Positions 24,812 through 36,705 of a stretch of 64,000 nucleotides of DNA are shown here, one piece after another (the stretch's first letter is position 1; every line of letters starts with the position of its first letter). The notes beneath the pieces are model-generated. The model was not told the origin of the DNA. It did no database searches and worked only from the letters and a program-made list of their open reading frames with translations. The DNA lies in assembly GCA_020137815.1 (NCBI GenBank), contig CM035354.1:1178001-1242000 (forward strand), given 5' to 3'. Source of the stretch: Hormiphora californensis. Taxonomy: Eukaryota > Animalia > Ctenophora. Made by a program: the position numbers and the translations under genes.

Positions 24812-25865
24812 CTGGTCTCTGGATGACTATTTGGGAGGTAGCTACATCTGGTCCCTGATTGATATCTGGTCTCTGGTTGCCCGATGTTGCTTCCTTTCTG
24901 CCTTGAACCCTCCCCAGTACACCCCTCAGTACCGTTATAATATCAGTGCGGGTATACCCAAAATACATGATAATACTCGGGGTATAGACGGCAGTAAACA
25001 GCTCTACGGGTCCTGATGCGAATAGAATCAGTGCTACAAGGGCCCGTTCTTCAAATTTCCCCGAATTATCACTGGATCGCACGAATGATATCCAAAGAGT
25101 GACTAACATGATGATATAGAATAACTCTGCTACATTCATAAAGAAGAGTGTTCCACAAGCCTTCTTCAATCGATCCCAGTTTTCAGTGAGAGCAGGCTTC
25201 GTCATCAACAGGTATATCGAGTAGACGGAGCATAAGAGGGAGGAAAGAGTAGTCAGGAATAGAATTGACATTAGAAATGTTACATCAGGCCTCATTATCG
25301 ATGTCCCTGTTGTGTTATAATTCGTTAAAATGATATGTCCTAACGGCAGATATATCCTGGTACCACCGTAACCCCAGATCGACCTATGACTCAATACGGT
25401 TGCCATGGTAACCAACCACATACAGCTGAAACCAACGACCTTCCCCCGGCTGATCACCACAAACTCGTTCCGTATCTTCAGCATCCTGGTGGCGGATAGG
25501 AGGAGGTTAGTGAGAGCTGGAACGGACCTGACGATGGATCGGATTGTAGAGAGGATGGCCGCACCCAGACTCGCCTTCCTGACCTGTTCCACATGGGAAG
25601 GGGAGAGGTATGTGTATATCTGGGGACTGGTCAACAGCAGTGGTATGCAGATGTAGCTGGCAGCCTGGATGACAAACAATGTACTGGCAAGGGACCACCG
25701 TCCTCTTTTTAGTAGGATTACTGTGATGTTCAGGGGTATGGCAAGGAGGGTGAGAATGAGGATGGAGGTACCGTAGATAATGTCTAGGGCTCGGGCTGTC
25801 ACTGGAATATCCTGGAAGGGGTGTTCCGCGTACATTCCGTATTGTATGTGCTGGAACACGGGCAT
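24777..25865 (-). CDS. Intronless rhodopsin-type 7TM receptor
   Basis: 362 aa; seven hydrophobic segments; TM1 Asn (PLN); TM3 end LSATRMLKI; TM7 P..IMY. Confidence 0.85.
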   Translation of the reverse strand: MPVFQHIQYGMYAEHPFQDIPVTARALDIIYGTSILILTLLAIPLNITVILLKRGRWSLASTLFVIQAASYICIPLLLTSPQIYTYLSPSHVEQVRKASLGAAILSTIRSIVRSVPALTNLLLSATRMLKIRNEFVVISRGKVVGFSCMWLVTMATVLSHRSIWGYGGTRIYLPLGHIILTNYNTTGTSIMRPDVTFLMSILFLTTLSSLLCSVYSIYLLMTKPALTENWDRLKKACGTLFFMNVAELFYIIMLVTLWISFVRSSDNSGKFEERALVALILFASGPVELFTAVYTPSIIMYFGYTRTDIITVLRGVLGRVQGRKEATSGNQRPDINQGPDVATSQIVIQRPASTGAISTDLQ

Positions 25866-26503
25866 TATGGGGACTAAACAGTTGGGGATTAGAAATATTT
25901 TAAATATTCTACACGCACACTTCCCAGTTCCCTCACAGAGCTAGAGCGGATAATAAGAGTAGAGACGCTCCGCCATTGATTTAACAGGTAGAGGTAGATA
26001 GAAGAGATGTATTCATGAAAATATATTATAGAAAACGAAAGTAAACCAGTTGAAATTTAACAACTATAATGAACTCTATAATTCCTGTAGCTCTCCATGC
26101 CTCTCTCATTAGCACCACCTGCCTTGTTAGTGTTGCTATGGTAACTAGCAAACATGCTCACGTGTACATAATATATCCAACATACCACCAGTTCTGTACA
26201 TGGTCAGTGGTCTTAATTCTTAAAAATATTCCAGCTGTACAACCCCCCCCCCACCCGGTACTGCATAACGTAATGTCACAGAAACCACTGTTATAACCCC
26301 CTTGTCCCCTCTCACTATTATAACACCCCGTGGCTATGTAGCTATGAAAGTCACACCATTGACGATGGCTACTCCAACCCCAGCCTACTGCAGCTGATCC
26401 CCTCACAGTTACAACACACCTATATTCTCCACACTGTGCTATACTTCCATTGCAACATCCCAACTATCCTTTATCCAGATCTGATCTCCACACACCAAGT
26501 GTT

Positions 26504-27325
26504 ATGTTTCGTTTAGCAGTGAAGACCTCAACCTGGCACCCGACTGCGGGAGAGTGGCTCCGCGCTGCTAACACCATCTCCCCAACTGAGCGGGAGAGAG
26601 TGGGACGATACATGTTCAAACGGGATGCTAAACACGCCATGATGGGCAGACTCCTAGTCCGGCACTGTCTCTCAACCATCACCTCCCAACCACCCGATAG
26701 CTTCGTGTTGGATCGGGATGACAGTGGTAAACCCTATCTCTCCACCCCCTGCCTGCCCTCTCTCCACTTCAACGTATCCCACGCGGGGGATTACGCAGTG
26801 TGTGCATGTAACAATAGTGGGTGGAAAGTTGGGGTTGATGTGATGAAGGTGGAGCTCCGCAGGAACACCACCCTGGAAACATTCTTCAGCCACATGCGGG
26901 GACAGTTCACACCATTCGAGTGGGATACTATTAATGGTGCTAATAACCAGTTGTTCTCTTTCTACCGTCATTGGTGTCTCAAGGAGAGTTATGTGAAGAC
27001 CATCGGAACTGGCCTCAAGTTCGGGTTACAACGGATCGAATTTCACCTGGGAGGACCACTTGATCAGAAAGGAGGGTTATGTGAGACGACAACAGTTTTG
27101 ATTGATGGGGTGAGGCAGGATGATTGGGTTTTTGAGGAGCGCTCTCACGATGGTCATATAACAGCCATTGCAATCCGAGTACCGGGTAGTACCTGGGAGG
27201 GTACAATAGGAGGGTCAGGAGAGTTGAGGGTCCTTCAGTTCTCTGATCTGTCTCTCAGTGGGGTTGAGTTGGGGGACAGGGATTATTTTGATGTGTTTCA
27301 TGCTAAGAAAGAGTTCCCTGGGTAG
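26504..27325 (+). CDS. AASDHPPT: Sfp-type 4'-phosphopantetheinyl transferase
   Basis: GKP, FNVSHAGDY, VGVDVM, FYRHWCLKESYVK motifs; intronless; ATG 26504 downstream of a CAG acceptor. Confidence 0.93.
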   Translation: MFRLAVKTSTWHPTAGEWLRAANTISPTERERVGRYMFKRDAKHAMMGRLLVRHCLSTITSQPPDSFVLDRDDSGKPYLSTPCLPSLHFNVSHAGDYAVCACNNSGWKVGVDVMKVELRRNTTLETFFSHMRGQFTPFEWDTINGANNQLFSFYRHWCLKESYVKTIGTGLKFGLQRIEFHLGGPLDQKGGLCETTTVLIDGVRQDDWVFEERSHDGHITAIAIRVPGSTWEGTIGGSGELRVLQFSDLSLSGVELGDRDYFDVFHAKKEFPG

Positions 27326-27964
27326 TGTGATTTGTTTTAACCTCAGAAGGGTCGAGTTCCCTGGGTAGGACTTGTTTTTTGTGCCTTCTCTGTATTCTGG
27401 TAGTGCTTGTTCTAAAATCTAGAATATCGAGCAAGGTAGTGCTATTGTGATTTGTTTTAGCGATGTTGATGTATTACTTACCGTTTTGACTGTCAATATA
27501 TTTAACACTGTGTATAACTACTTGACCTGTGTATTTGACACCTTGCTTTATTGTTGTCTCTGCCAGTGCCCTGCCCTATCTCCCTCTATCTCTTGTACAA
27601 CCAAACTAACCTACCCCTATCTCCCTCTATCTCTTGTACAACCAAACTAACCTACCCCTATCTCCCTCTATCTCTTGTACAACCAAACTAACCTACCCCT
27701 CTCTCCCTCTATCTCTTGTACAATCAAACTAACCTACCCCCTCCCTTCCTCTATTTCCTTACTGACCAAGCCCTCTTTGTAGTACGTACTGTTAACCAAC
27801 TCCCTCTCTATTATCTCTTGTACAACCAAACTAACCTACCCCTCTCTCCCTCTATCTCTTGTACAACCAAACTAACCTACCCTCTCCCTTCCTCTATTTC
27901 TTTACTAACTAACCCCTCTCTCTACCTGTTTACTAACCAACCCGGCTCTCTCCCCGTATAGCCG

Positions 27965-28071
27965 ATGTATAACCCCGGCCATATCCTGAGTAACTCTACC
28001 ATCGCAGTAGACTGGTTCTCCAACCCTGGATGCCCCTTTGTTTCACACTACTTCTGTTCCTCCGCCGACTG
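27965..28071 (+). CDS. Duplicate first coding exon of the Apollo-like gene
   Basis: MYNPGHILSNSTIAVDWFSNPGCPFVSHYFCSSAD; AG before the ATG; GTGAGT donor; same peptide as 29377-29483. Confidence 0.6.
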
Positions 28072-28675
28072 GTGAGTTAATTCATGTTGATAAATTATAA
28101 AGAAGTTGAGAGCTACCTAATGGGGGGGTATGTTGATAAATGATACATTTTAATGCAGTGTTTACTTTTTTAACCCTGCCCTGGGGTGAAGGCACTCACA
28201 CGGATTATAGATGTTTAGCACGTGTGATTGTGCACGTGTGTTTGTGATTGCCACGTGTGGATTTGAGGCAGATAAACATGAGTCATGAAACAGTCTCTAA
28301 GAAAAGGTTGTTATACCAACACATTATATATATATTACATAGTTGGAATTGAAAGCTGTGGGCTATACACTGACATTACTGTATGAACAAGGTAGTGCTA
28401 TTGTGATTTGTTTTAGCGATGTTGATGTATTACTTACCGTTTTGACTGTCAATATATTTAACACTTACACTGTGTATAACTACTTGACCCGTTCCATGAC
28501 ACCTTGCTTTATTGCTGTCTCTGCCAGTGCCCCGCCTTCTCTCCCTCTATCTCTTGTACAACCAAACTAACCTACCCTCTCTCCCCCTCTATCTGTAGTA
28601 CGTACTAGCCAACTCCCTCTCTATTATCTCTTGTACAATCAAACTAACGCACCCTCTTTCTCCCTCTATTATTCT

Positions 28676-29306
28676 GGGGGGGGGTCCAGCCCTAAAAAAA
28701 GCTAAAGGTACCCTGATTTTGGTCGATAGCGTTTTTTATTTTAGCTTTTTTTAGCTTTTTTTTAACTTTTTTTAGCTTTTTTTAGCCCTACTTTTTATGT
28801 TTTTTTCAGCATTCATCTTGACACTTTTCCATTAAATTTTCATCCTTCCGGACGTCTATATATTGACTGCATTTGTTCATTTCCTGCACATTTTTTACCA
28901 TAATCTACCGTTTATGTCCATACATAGCAATTTCTGTATCCACCCCTACTGCCATTTTCTGGAGACATTTTTTCGATAATAATATTATTCAAATTTGATA
29001 AAAATAGTTTTAAAAAAGTTCAAAAAACGTTATAAAACGTTATAATAAAAGTTTAAAAAATTTGGCGTCAGCGGGATTCGAACCTACATGAATCCACTAA
29101 AAACTCAATTTTAGCTTTTTTTAGCTTTTTTTTAGCTTTTTTTAGCCTTAAAAAAGCTAAAAAAAAGCTAAATAAAGCTAAATAAAGCAAAAAAAAGCTA
29201 AAAAAGGCTAAAAAAAGCTAAAAAAAGCTAAAAAAAGCTAAAAAAAAGCTAAAGGTACCCTGATTTTGGCCGTTAGCTTAGCTTTTTTTAGGGCTGGACC
29301 CCCCCC
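28676..29306. mobile_element. Poly-G-capped TIR element, family 3 (AAAAAAGCTA arrays)
   Basis: G9 tccagccctaaaaaaagctaa / ttagctttttttagggctgga C8; only TATTCT (6 bp) duplicated at the flanks. Confidence 0.85.
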
Positions 29307-29376
29307 TATTCTATAATAATCCGCTAATAATAATATCTCTTGTACTAACCAACCCTTCTCTCTCCCTGTATAGCCG

Positions 29377-32300
29377 ATGTATAACCCCGGCCATATCCTG
29401 AGTAACTCTACCATCGCAGTAGACTGGTTCTCAAACCCAGGATGCCCCTTTGTTTCACACTACTTCTGTTCCTCCGCCGACTGGTAAGTTAATTCATGTT
29501 GATAAATTATAAAGAAGTTGAGAGCTACCTAATGGGGGGGTATGTTGATAAATGATACATTTTGATGCAGTGTTAACTATTTTAACCCTGCTCTGGTGAA
29601 GGCACTCACACGGATCATAGATGTTTAGCACGTGTGATTGTGATTGCCACGTGTGCACGCGTGATTGCCACATGTGTTTGTGATTGCCACGTGTGTTTGT
29701 GATTGCCACGTGTGTTTGTGATTGCCACGTCTTGATTTGAGGCAGATCAACATGAGTCATGAAACAGTCTCTAAGAAAAGGTTGTTATACCAACACATTA
29801 TATATAGTTGGAATTGAAAGCTGTGGGTTATACACTGACATTACTGTATGAACATACATTCCCGTAAAACAATGATATCTGCCCCATCACAAACATACGA
29901 AATTTCCGAATTCTAACGAGATAGATTATCGCATTAGCGATCGAGTTTAGTCCTAAGGAATGGCCATAACTAAAAACACCCATGTCATCTATCAATTGCT
30001 TGGAAATTGATTTATCTTCGGGGGCCCAATGGTTGTAAAGTGACCCACATATCACGAACACATAGGGCAAGTTTATAAACAGGCAAGCACATATTAACAG
30101 GGAAACTGTCACTACCGCATTTCTGTGAACGCTATCCTGACTGACTGACGGTTTTCTTAGGAGAGATACACAGGATACAATCCCGGATACCACTATCACT
30201 AGAATAGGCAATAAGAACTGGACTGGAACTAGCAAAATATAAACAGCCACGGCCCACATTTCTTGGTAATCATTCAACTCATCAGTCTTGAAAATAGTCT
30301 CCCTCACCTTCCACGTACATTCTTCAATAGCTCGGTTGAGGCTGTAGGTACTCCCAAACCAGAATGGGATAGTCGACTGAATAAGTTGGAGGAGAGAATA
30401 TCCTCCGACAATCATAGTTAGCACACCCTTCCTGACATTTATAAAGGGGTCCACAGTGACCAGGGCACGTGTATAGCTCAGTACGGCTATTAGAAATATC
30501 GCAACACGTATCGCAACGTTCCAGAACATCCCGTAGATGTTGCAGAGAATTGGGGAGGAGAACACGCCATCGTGGAAGGAGTTGATGGCGGGTAGGATGG
30601 TTGCAGCACACGTTATCAGATCCAGTAGGGTGATCCACCGGTGTATTAGCCGAGAGTTGGTGTCATTGTCGCCCCACATGAAGAACGTGAAGCAGAGAGT
30701 GTTCAGGGCTGTTCCAATTAGAAAATTAATGGTGAACATTGTTTTGTGGGTCAGCCAGTGGATGCTTGATAGGTCCTCTGCAGTAGAGTTCATCTTACAC
30801 AATTAACCACTAAAAAGGTGGGAAAAGGGTTGAATTGGTAGACGTAGCGTGTAAGGAAAACTAATCTAGAAAAACGTAGCAGGTGCAGTAAACTACAATT
30901 GAAATCAGAAAACTTTTAGCAATTACCGGCTATTACACAATATGCCAGCACTCAGCACATATATGAGTGTCCAAGAGATATTGTCTTATTGCGTCTCATA
31001 CAAGTGTAGTTTTGTTGTAGTAATGCAATGTGGATAATAGAGCTCTCTATAGAGACTCTATAGAGACTCGTTGGGTATTATATCAGGAACATTATTACAT
31101 TATTACAACATAATTATCTCTTCATGAGACTCATATCGAGCTGGACAACCAAACAGTTGACTCATAGAGCTGGTTAAGAAATCTCAGATTTCTGGGGGTA
31201 TCTCGCAACAAGAATAATAATTTAATGGTGGGCTATGGTGGGGTATGGTCTAAATTTAGGGTGCTTGTGCTAATTATACAGCACATGATCTGCGAGACTG
31301 TCTCAGTGGTCAAATCACAAGCGAAGAACATGCAGGAAACACGCGACTCTATTCTTGTTAATATTACAACTTTATACTTCCCCTCCTTTAGAACTGGTGG
31401 TGAGAGAAAGAAGAATCATGCATTATTCTTCTTTCTCTCACCGCCAGTTCTAAAGGAGGGGGGGTATACATGGTATACATGGTATAGTGCCCCTACTTTT
31501 TAATAGTAAGATACTTACCCCCCACCCCTTCTGACCCATCCTATCCTAAATCACTAACCCATTTCTTCTCCTATCCCAGTGATCAGTCAAGCCATTTGAC
31601 GGGCAGGTGGACTCCCTACGTTTACTGTTCTACAACCACAGCCAAGATGCTAGCCCAATTGAGAGGATTCAAGAACACTATCAGTCTACCCTACAACAAG
31701 GCCACCATGATAGATGGTGTATTTACTGTTACCATGTTGTTCTCTAATTATCATGTGGGAACGGCAATGTTCTACTTTGAGGGACCATTTGGGAGGATTC
31801 TATATTCCGGATCGTTCAGGTTGGTGTTTTTACCCCAATTCCTCTCATATCTCAAACCCCTTCCACCCCACCCACCATCTCTACTACTCGTCTCTAACCC
31901 ATCCCGACCCTCCCCATCTCTAACCCAACCCCACCCTCCATCTCTAACCCATCCCAACCCTCCCCGTCTCTAACCCATCCCGACCCTCCCCGTCTCTAAC
32001 CCTCCCCATCTCTAACCCTCCATCTCTAACCCATCCCGACCCTCCCAACCTCTAACCCATCCCGACCCTCCCCATCTCTAACCCATCACAACCCTCCATC
32101 ATCTCTAACCCACCCGCCCCATCTCTAACCCACCCTCCCCATCTATAACCCACCCGCCCCATCTCTAACCCACCCTCCCCATCTATAACCCATCCGGCAC
32201 CATCTCTAACACTCCATCTCCTCCATAGGTACTACGACAGCGTGTGTTCCCTCTTCACCGGCATCACCCTTGACCACATTTACTTTGATAACCTATACTT

Positions 32301-34469
32301 CAACAAAAAGTCCATCAAGTCCATAACCCGGCAACAGGCTATCTACTCGATCACAGAGACATGCCTGACCGCCCTTCAACAGCACAAGATCCTCTACTTC
32401 ATAGTTGATGATCTCGGCAAGGAGGATATCCTGTACTACGCAGCACGGACAATTGGCCAGAGATTCGTCGTCAGCAAGACAAAGTTCGATGTGTTGAAAT
32501 GTATGGAACTGGATGCCTACTTCACGACTAATCCTTATGGAGGGAGAGTGTTTGTTGTTGATAAGAAGAAGATCAACAGTAAGAAGAGCCTTCCTGAGAT
32601 TATCAAGCGGCATTACCCGACCCCGGTACAATTCGTGAAGATTACCCACCAGAAACGGGGCGCCACGGTCGCAGAGTATGATTACATGATCTTTTCAGAG
32701 CACTCAACCAGTCAGGAGAATCGAGCAATTCTTCGGTAACCTGGCCTACCGGTCTGTCACGCCCATCTTCTGTGATAACCCCAGTAGGACCAAGAAAAGT
32801 AGCAGTGGAGAGTGCTCCAGTTCATCAACTCCACCCCCTGCTAAGATGAGGCTAAAGAAAGTGGAATCTGATACGTACAGGGTGGCCAGCGGACAGACAA
32901 CTGATGAGGAAGCAGAACTGGTGGTCGGAGATTTCTCTGCTCCTGTTGTAACCCCCATAATAGCATGTGAGGAAGAGGTTGTTAGCACGGCAATGGCTGG
33001 ATTTCTCACCCTGTACCCATCCCTCACCTCCCTTCTCGCCCTGTACCCACCCATCCCCTCCCTTCTCTCCCTGCATCGCCTCCTCACCTGATACCTCCCG
33101 GTCCTACATTGAGAGACCTGTTTCCCTGAGCAGCTGTGAACTATCACCTATCAAAAAGTTTCTACCAGCACACGGAGAGGTTACCGAGGGAGAGCTAGTG
33201 ATAGACGAGGAAGCCACCACTCCAGCCCCTGGGGATACCGAAGTTACCATTCCTGGGGTTACCATGGTTACCGGGGTTACCACTCCTGGTGTTACCATGG
33301 ATACCGGGGTTACCACTCCTGGTGTTACCGGGGTTACTACTCCCACTCCTTCAGTCACCACTCCTCAGAGCAGCCCAGTTTACAACACTATCAGCAACAC
33401 CGAGCCACACCAGCTCACCCCATGTCAGCAGGAAGAACCCAGTCCAGTTCAACATGATCTAAACCACCAGCCTAGTCCAGTGCAGGACACTACCCAGCCG
33501 CTCCACCACCTCCCATCACCCTGGACAGTCTCCCCGGCAGCTGGCTTCAAGCCCATCCAGATGGATGATCTATTCGATGAGATGTTTAGAGATAACATCA
33601 TCAAGGAGGAAATAATCCCTACAGTGGAGGGAGAGGATGAGGTTGTGTTACTAGATGATAGTATCGAGGTGCTGGATAATACTGCTGATTCAGTTGATGT
33701 CCTCTATGTGAGTGAGAGTGAGGAGGAGAAGGTTGAGGAAGTACCAGAGATAATGACACCACTCCGTCAGATGTACGATGTTAATACCGCCTTCAACAAA
33801 TCAGCCTGGGAGTTAAAGAAGCTGTTTGATGGGTACAAGCCCTCCATAGCAACCCTTGAATTCCCTCCTGTCAGGTCTGTGGAACACCTCCCCCCGCCAC
33901 CCTTCATCAACCCTGTCAGGACGGACCAGTGGATCAGGGACAGAGAGGCTTACTTCAGGAAGATAACTCGTATTGCGGACCGGGGTCGTGCCATCTACTA
34001 CCCACAGAAACCACGACGGATCTACCCTACACCACCGGCTCCAGTTATCCCGGGACCCACTCAGAGCGAGATAAGAGAATTCTTGACCATGTTGAACCAT
34101 GATCCCAACTTCCTACCACCATCCCGGCCTGTGTTACAAGTAGCTAGAGCTCCCTGCTACCTAATACCACCCAAACCAATCCAACAACAACAACAACATC
34201 CGGCTCCCCCTCCTCCTGTGAAGTTCAAACCAAGTCCAGTATTCAACCCCAAACCTCCTCCACCCTCATTTTCCAAGTTTGCCAGTTGCAGTGGGGGTGA
34301 TCCAGGGAGAATCAGTAAGAAGAGGAAGAGTGAGGTGGGCAGTCCCTCTCTGAGGCCAGATGTTATGTTTGAAAACATGTTCTCCATAGCACCCACCCCA
34401 CCTCGAGCTCCTCCTAAAAAGAAGCAGAAGTTGTCAACACCCAGACCACCCAGGAGTTATCTCTGTTGA
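29377..34469 (+). CDS. SNM1B/Apollo (DCLRE1B)-like MBL/beta-CASP protein with degenerate catalytic motifs and long Pro-rich tail; two +1 frameshifts
   Basis: Exons 29377-29483, 31580-31819, 32229-34469 splice in frame; TIAVDWF, VYCSTTTA, MFYFEGPFGRILYSGSFR, IYFDN, LGKEDIL, SEHS; extra bases at 32719-20 and 32999-33000. Confidence 0.75.
29828..30802 (-). CDS. Intronless rhodopsin-type 7TM receptor nested in Apollo-like intron 1
   Basis: 324 aa; TM1 GTALN; TM2 Asp; TM3 Cys and LSYTRALVTVDPF; TM7 NSIANAIIY. Confidence 0.9.
   Translation of the reverse strand: MCKMNSTAEDLSSIHWLTHKTMFTINFLIGTALNTLCFTFFMWGDNDTNSRLIHRWITLLDLITCAATILPAINSFHDGVFSSPILCNIYGMFWNVAIRVAIFLIAVLSYTRALVTVDPFINVRKGVLTMIVGGYSLLQLIQSTIPFWFGSTYSLNRAIEECTWKVRETIFKTDELNDYQEMWAVAVYILLVPVQFLLPILVIVVSGIVSCVSLLRKPSVSQDSVHRNAVVTVSLLICACLFINLPYVFVICGSLYNHWAPEDKSISKQLIDDMGVFSYGHSLGLNSIANAIIYLVRIRKFRMFVMGQISLFYGNVCSYSNVSV
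31890..32215. repeat. C-rich minisatellite (TCTCTAACCCATCCCGACCCTCCCCA-like)
   Basis: Degenerate tandem copies filling Apollo-like intron 2. Confidence 0.9.
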
Positions 34470-34871
34470 CGAGAGGGAGAGACAGAGAGACTATCAGTGC
34501 CACCCAGGAGTTATCTCTGTTGAGGAGGGAGATAGAGAGACTTTCAGTAAGAGAGATACAGTTTCCATAATGGACAGTTGTTTTTTAATCAGATGAATTG
34601 TGAGATTGGCTGTTAGAGAGAGAGATGTGTCTGGACAATCAACTCTTTAGTAGAGTCACTGCAAATAACTGACCCCCCTCCCCAAGCTTGGCCTTACCCG
34701 ACCGTTACGTGCCCATCAGAAATTTTTTAAATTTTTAACTAACGGGAATTATATTTTCTATTGCAATTTGTATTCGAATCTGCCCCTAAAACTAACCCCC
34801 TGACCTCTCAGAGCATTTTTTAAATTAAATACCGAATCGAGCATGCTACGAATTAATTTATTAGTTGAATG

Positions 34872-34942
34872 CTGTCTGGCGGCGCCAGACCCCAATTTGA
34901 TTCTCAGCTCAGTGCGCTCAGATGGGTCGCGGCGCCAGACAG
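34872..34942. mobile_element. 71-bp CTGTCTGGCG MITE
   Basis: 8-bp TSD GTTGAATG (34864-34871 and 34943-34950). Confidence 0.9.
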
Positions 34943-35294
34943 GTTGAATGGCAAAATATACCAAATCATCATAGTATTTATAGTAGGTTATATTTTATTT
35001 TAATAGAAGCATTGTTTTTATTATGATACCTATTTTATCTTTTAATCACCGTTTCATAATCACAATGTTTTATAATTATTTCCAATTAATTTATTAACAA
35101 AAACACCGTGTTTTTTCTGTCATCCATTACCAGGAGCCATTCAATTTAAAACTTAGAAATTTGCTGCTGGTGCTAGTCATTCCTAATGAGTAATGGAAGT
35201 AGACCTCACGGCTCAGGTCGCAGCTGTTAAAAAATTCAAATTCAAATTGAATGGATCCTCCAACTAAACATGAACAAGTACAAGCTATAACTGG

Positions 35295-35491
35295 GACCAG
35301 TTACAGATTTGAAACCGGGCGTCAGTTTCCTGATGCGCGAGAATTTGGACACTGCTGACAATGAATCCTGCTCAACTCCCCATTCATTCTAGCTGTAAAT
35401 TTAGCCGCGCATTGTAAATGATGACGCGCAGCATGGTTCGTCGGGAATCTCCCATCAGGAAACTGACACCCGGTTCCAAATCTGTAACTGG
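35295..35491. mobile_element. About 200-bp TIR element
   Basis: About 40-bp TIR ccagttacagatttgaaaccgggcgtcagtttcctgatg and its reverse complement. Confidence 0.8.
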
Positions 35492-35664
35492 AGCGTAATG
35501 GCACTAATTTCAGTCCATGTAGCCCGGAGCTACGGGGTTGGTCGCTACGCGACCAACACAGGTCATGGAAATGGAGTACGGATACGAATCATTTGTGACT
35601 GTCGCTGTCTGCGTATTTGTGAGAAAATTAATTCCCGGATTGGGAAGACGTATGTTTCAGTTTC

Positions 35665-36705
35665 CTGTCTGGCGGTACCAGACCCTTGTTACTCAACAAC
35701 CCCGTTTTGATCTGTCTGGTGGCGCCGATCCGATTCGATCTGGGGTCCGCGGAGCCAGACAGGCTCTGTATGGCGGCGTCATACCCCATTTGATTCAGAT
35801 GGGTCGCGGCGCCAGACAGGACAGGCTCAGCTCACAGGAAGAGTAACCCGACTCGGGTTGGCGCCGCCAGACAGTGTGTCCCCAGCTCTTGTCCTTATTC
35901 CATGTGCTGCCTGTCAGAGCATTGACCTGACCCATTCTCGTTTCTTGGAGCGCGCGAGAACTGTGGTCAGAGCATTGGCCTGACAGCGTGCTGCTTTCCT
36001 CTGTTTTGCTTTCTTCAAAACCTGTCTGGCCCGGTTATTGGTTAACATTTACCGCCTACCCGGTCTAGGCAATCTGGTCACACTCAGAATCGAAACGGGG
36101 TCTGGTGCGGCCAGACAGGGGGAATTGTCAGGCCCTGTCTGGCGCCGCCAGACGCCGCTCAGATCGGTTCGGCGCCGCCGCGCCAGACAGATCGGGCCAA
36201 TGCTCTGACAGGGGGAGAGACACTGACGTTATTCCACGTTTGTCTCACGTTGTCAGAGCATTGGCATGACCCTATTCTCATTTCTTTCAAGCGCTAGAAC
36301 CGCGGTCAGAGCATTGGTCTGACAGGAAGAATTCAAAGCAGGGGAATAGAAGGCGGCACACGATGTTGCAAATTCAAAACACTTCAGATTCGTATGGCAC
36401 AAAATCAAATACACACAAAAATCTACACGAATACTCAAATAAAATTTGAATCAACTCAAAATGTCAAAAAAAACAAAACACACTTCCGGATCTTAACATT
36501 TAACTCAAAGCACAATATTTTAGTCGCTGTCCTTTATCCTTTTTTAAAAATCAGTCTCACTCTTTCTGCAACTATAACTGTCTGGCGGCACGGACCGGAC
36601 CCCAGTGCGATCAGATCTGTCTGGCGCCGCCGACCCCATCTGAGCGCATCAAATGGGGTATGGCGCCGCCATACAGGATCAGATCGGGTCTGGCACCGGT
36701 CTAAC
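35665..36705. repeat. Cluster of CTGTCTGG/CCAGACAG and TCAGAGCATTGG repeat fragments
   Basis: Multiple nested and degenerate copies of the MITE termini. Confidence 0.7.

Larger units (their letters stand above)
27432..29852. repeat. Tandem segmental duplication (unit ~955 bp) containing a ~39-bp minisatellite and the Apollo-like first exon
   Basis: Copy A 27432-28387; copy B 28388-29852 (interrupted by poly-G element). Confidence 0.9.

Noticed and set aside
29054-29095. Functional tRNA gene
   Set aside because: Only the T-arm and 3' end are present; no D-arm or anticodon arm
12712-33000. Programmed +1 ribosomal frameshifting
   Set aside because: No shared slippery motif or adjacent stop at the four sites; sequencing error is simpler
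34150-34175. TRF2-binding YxLxP motif in the Apollo-like tail (YLIPP)
   Set aside because: Ile replaces Leu in a Pro-rich context; likely chance
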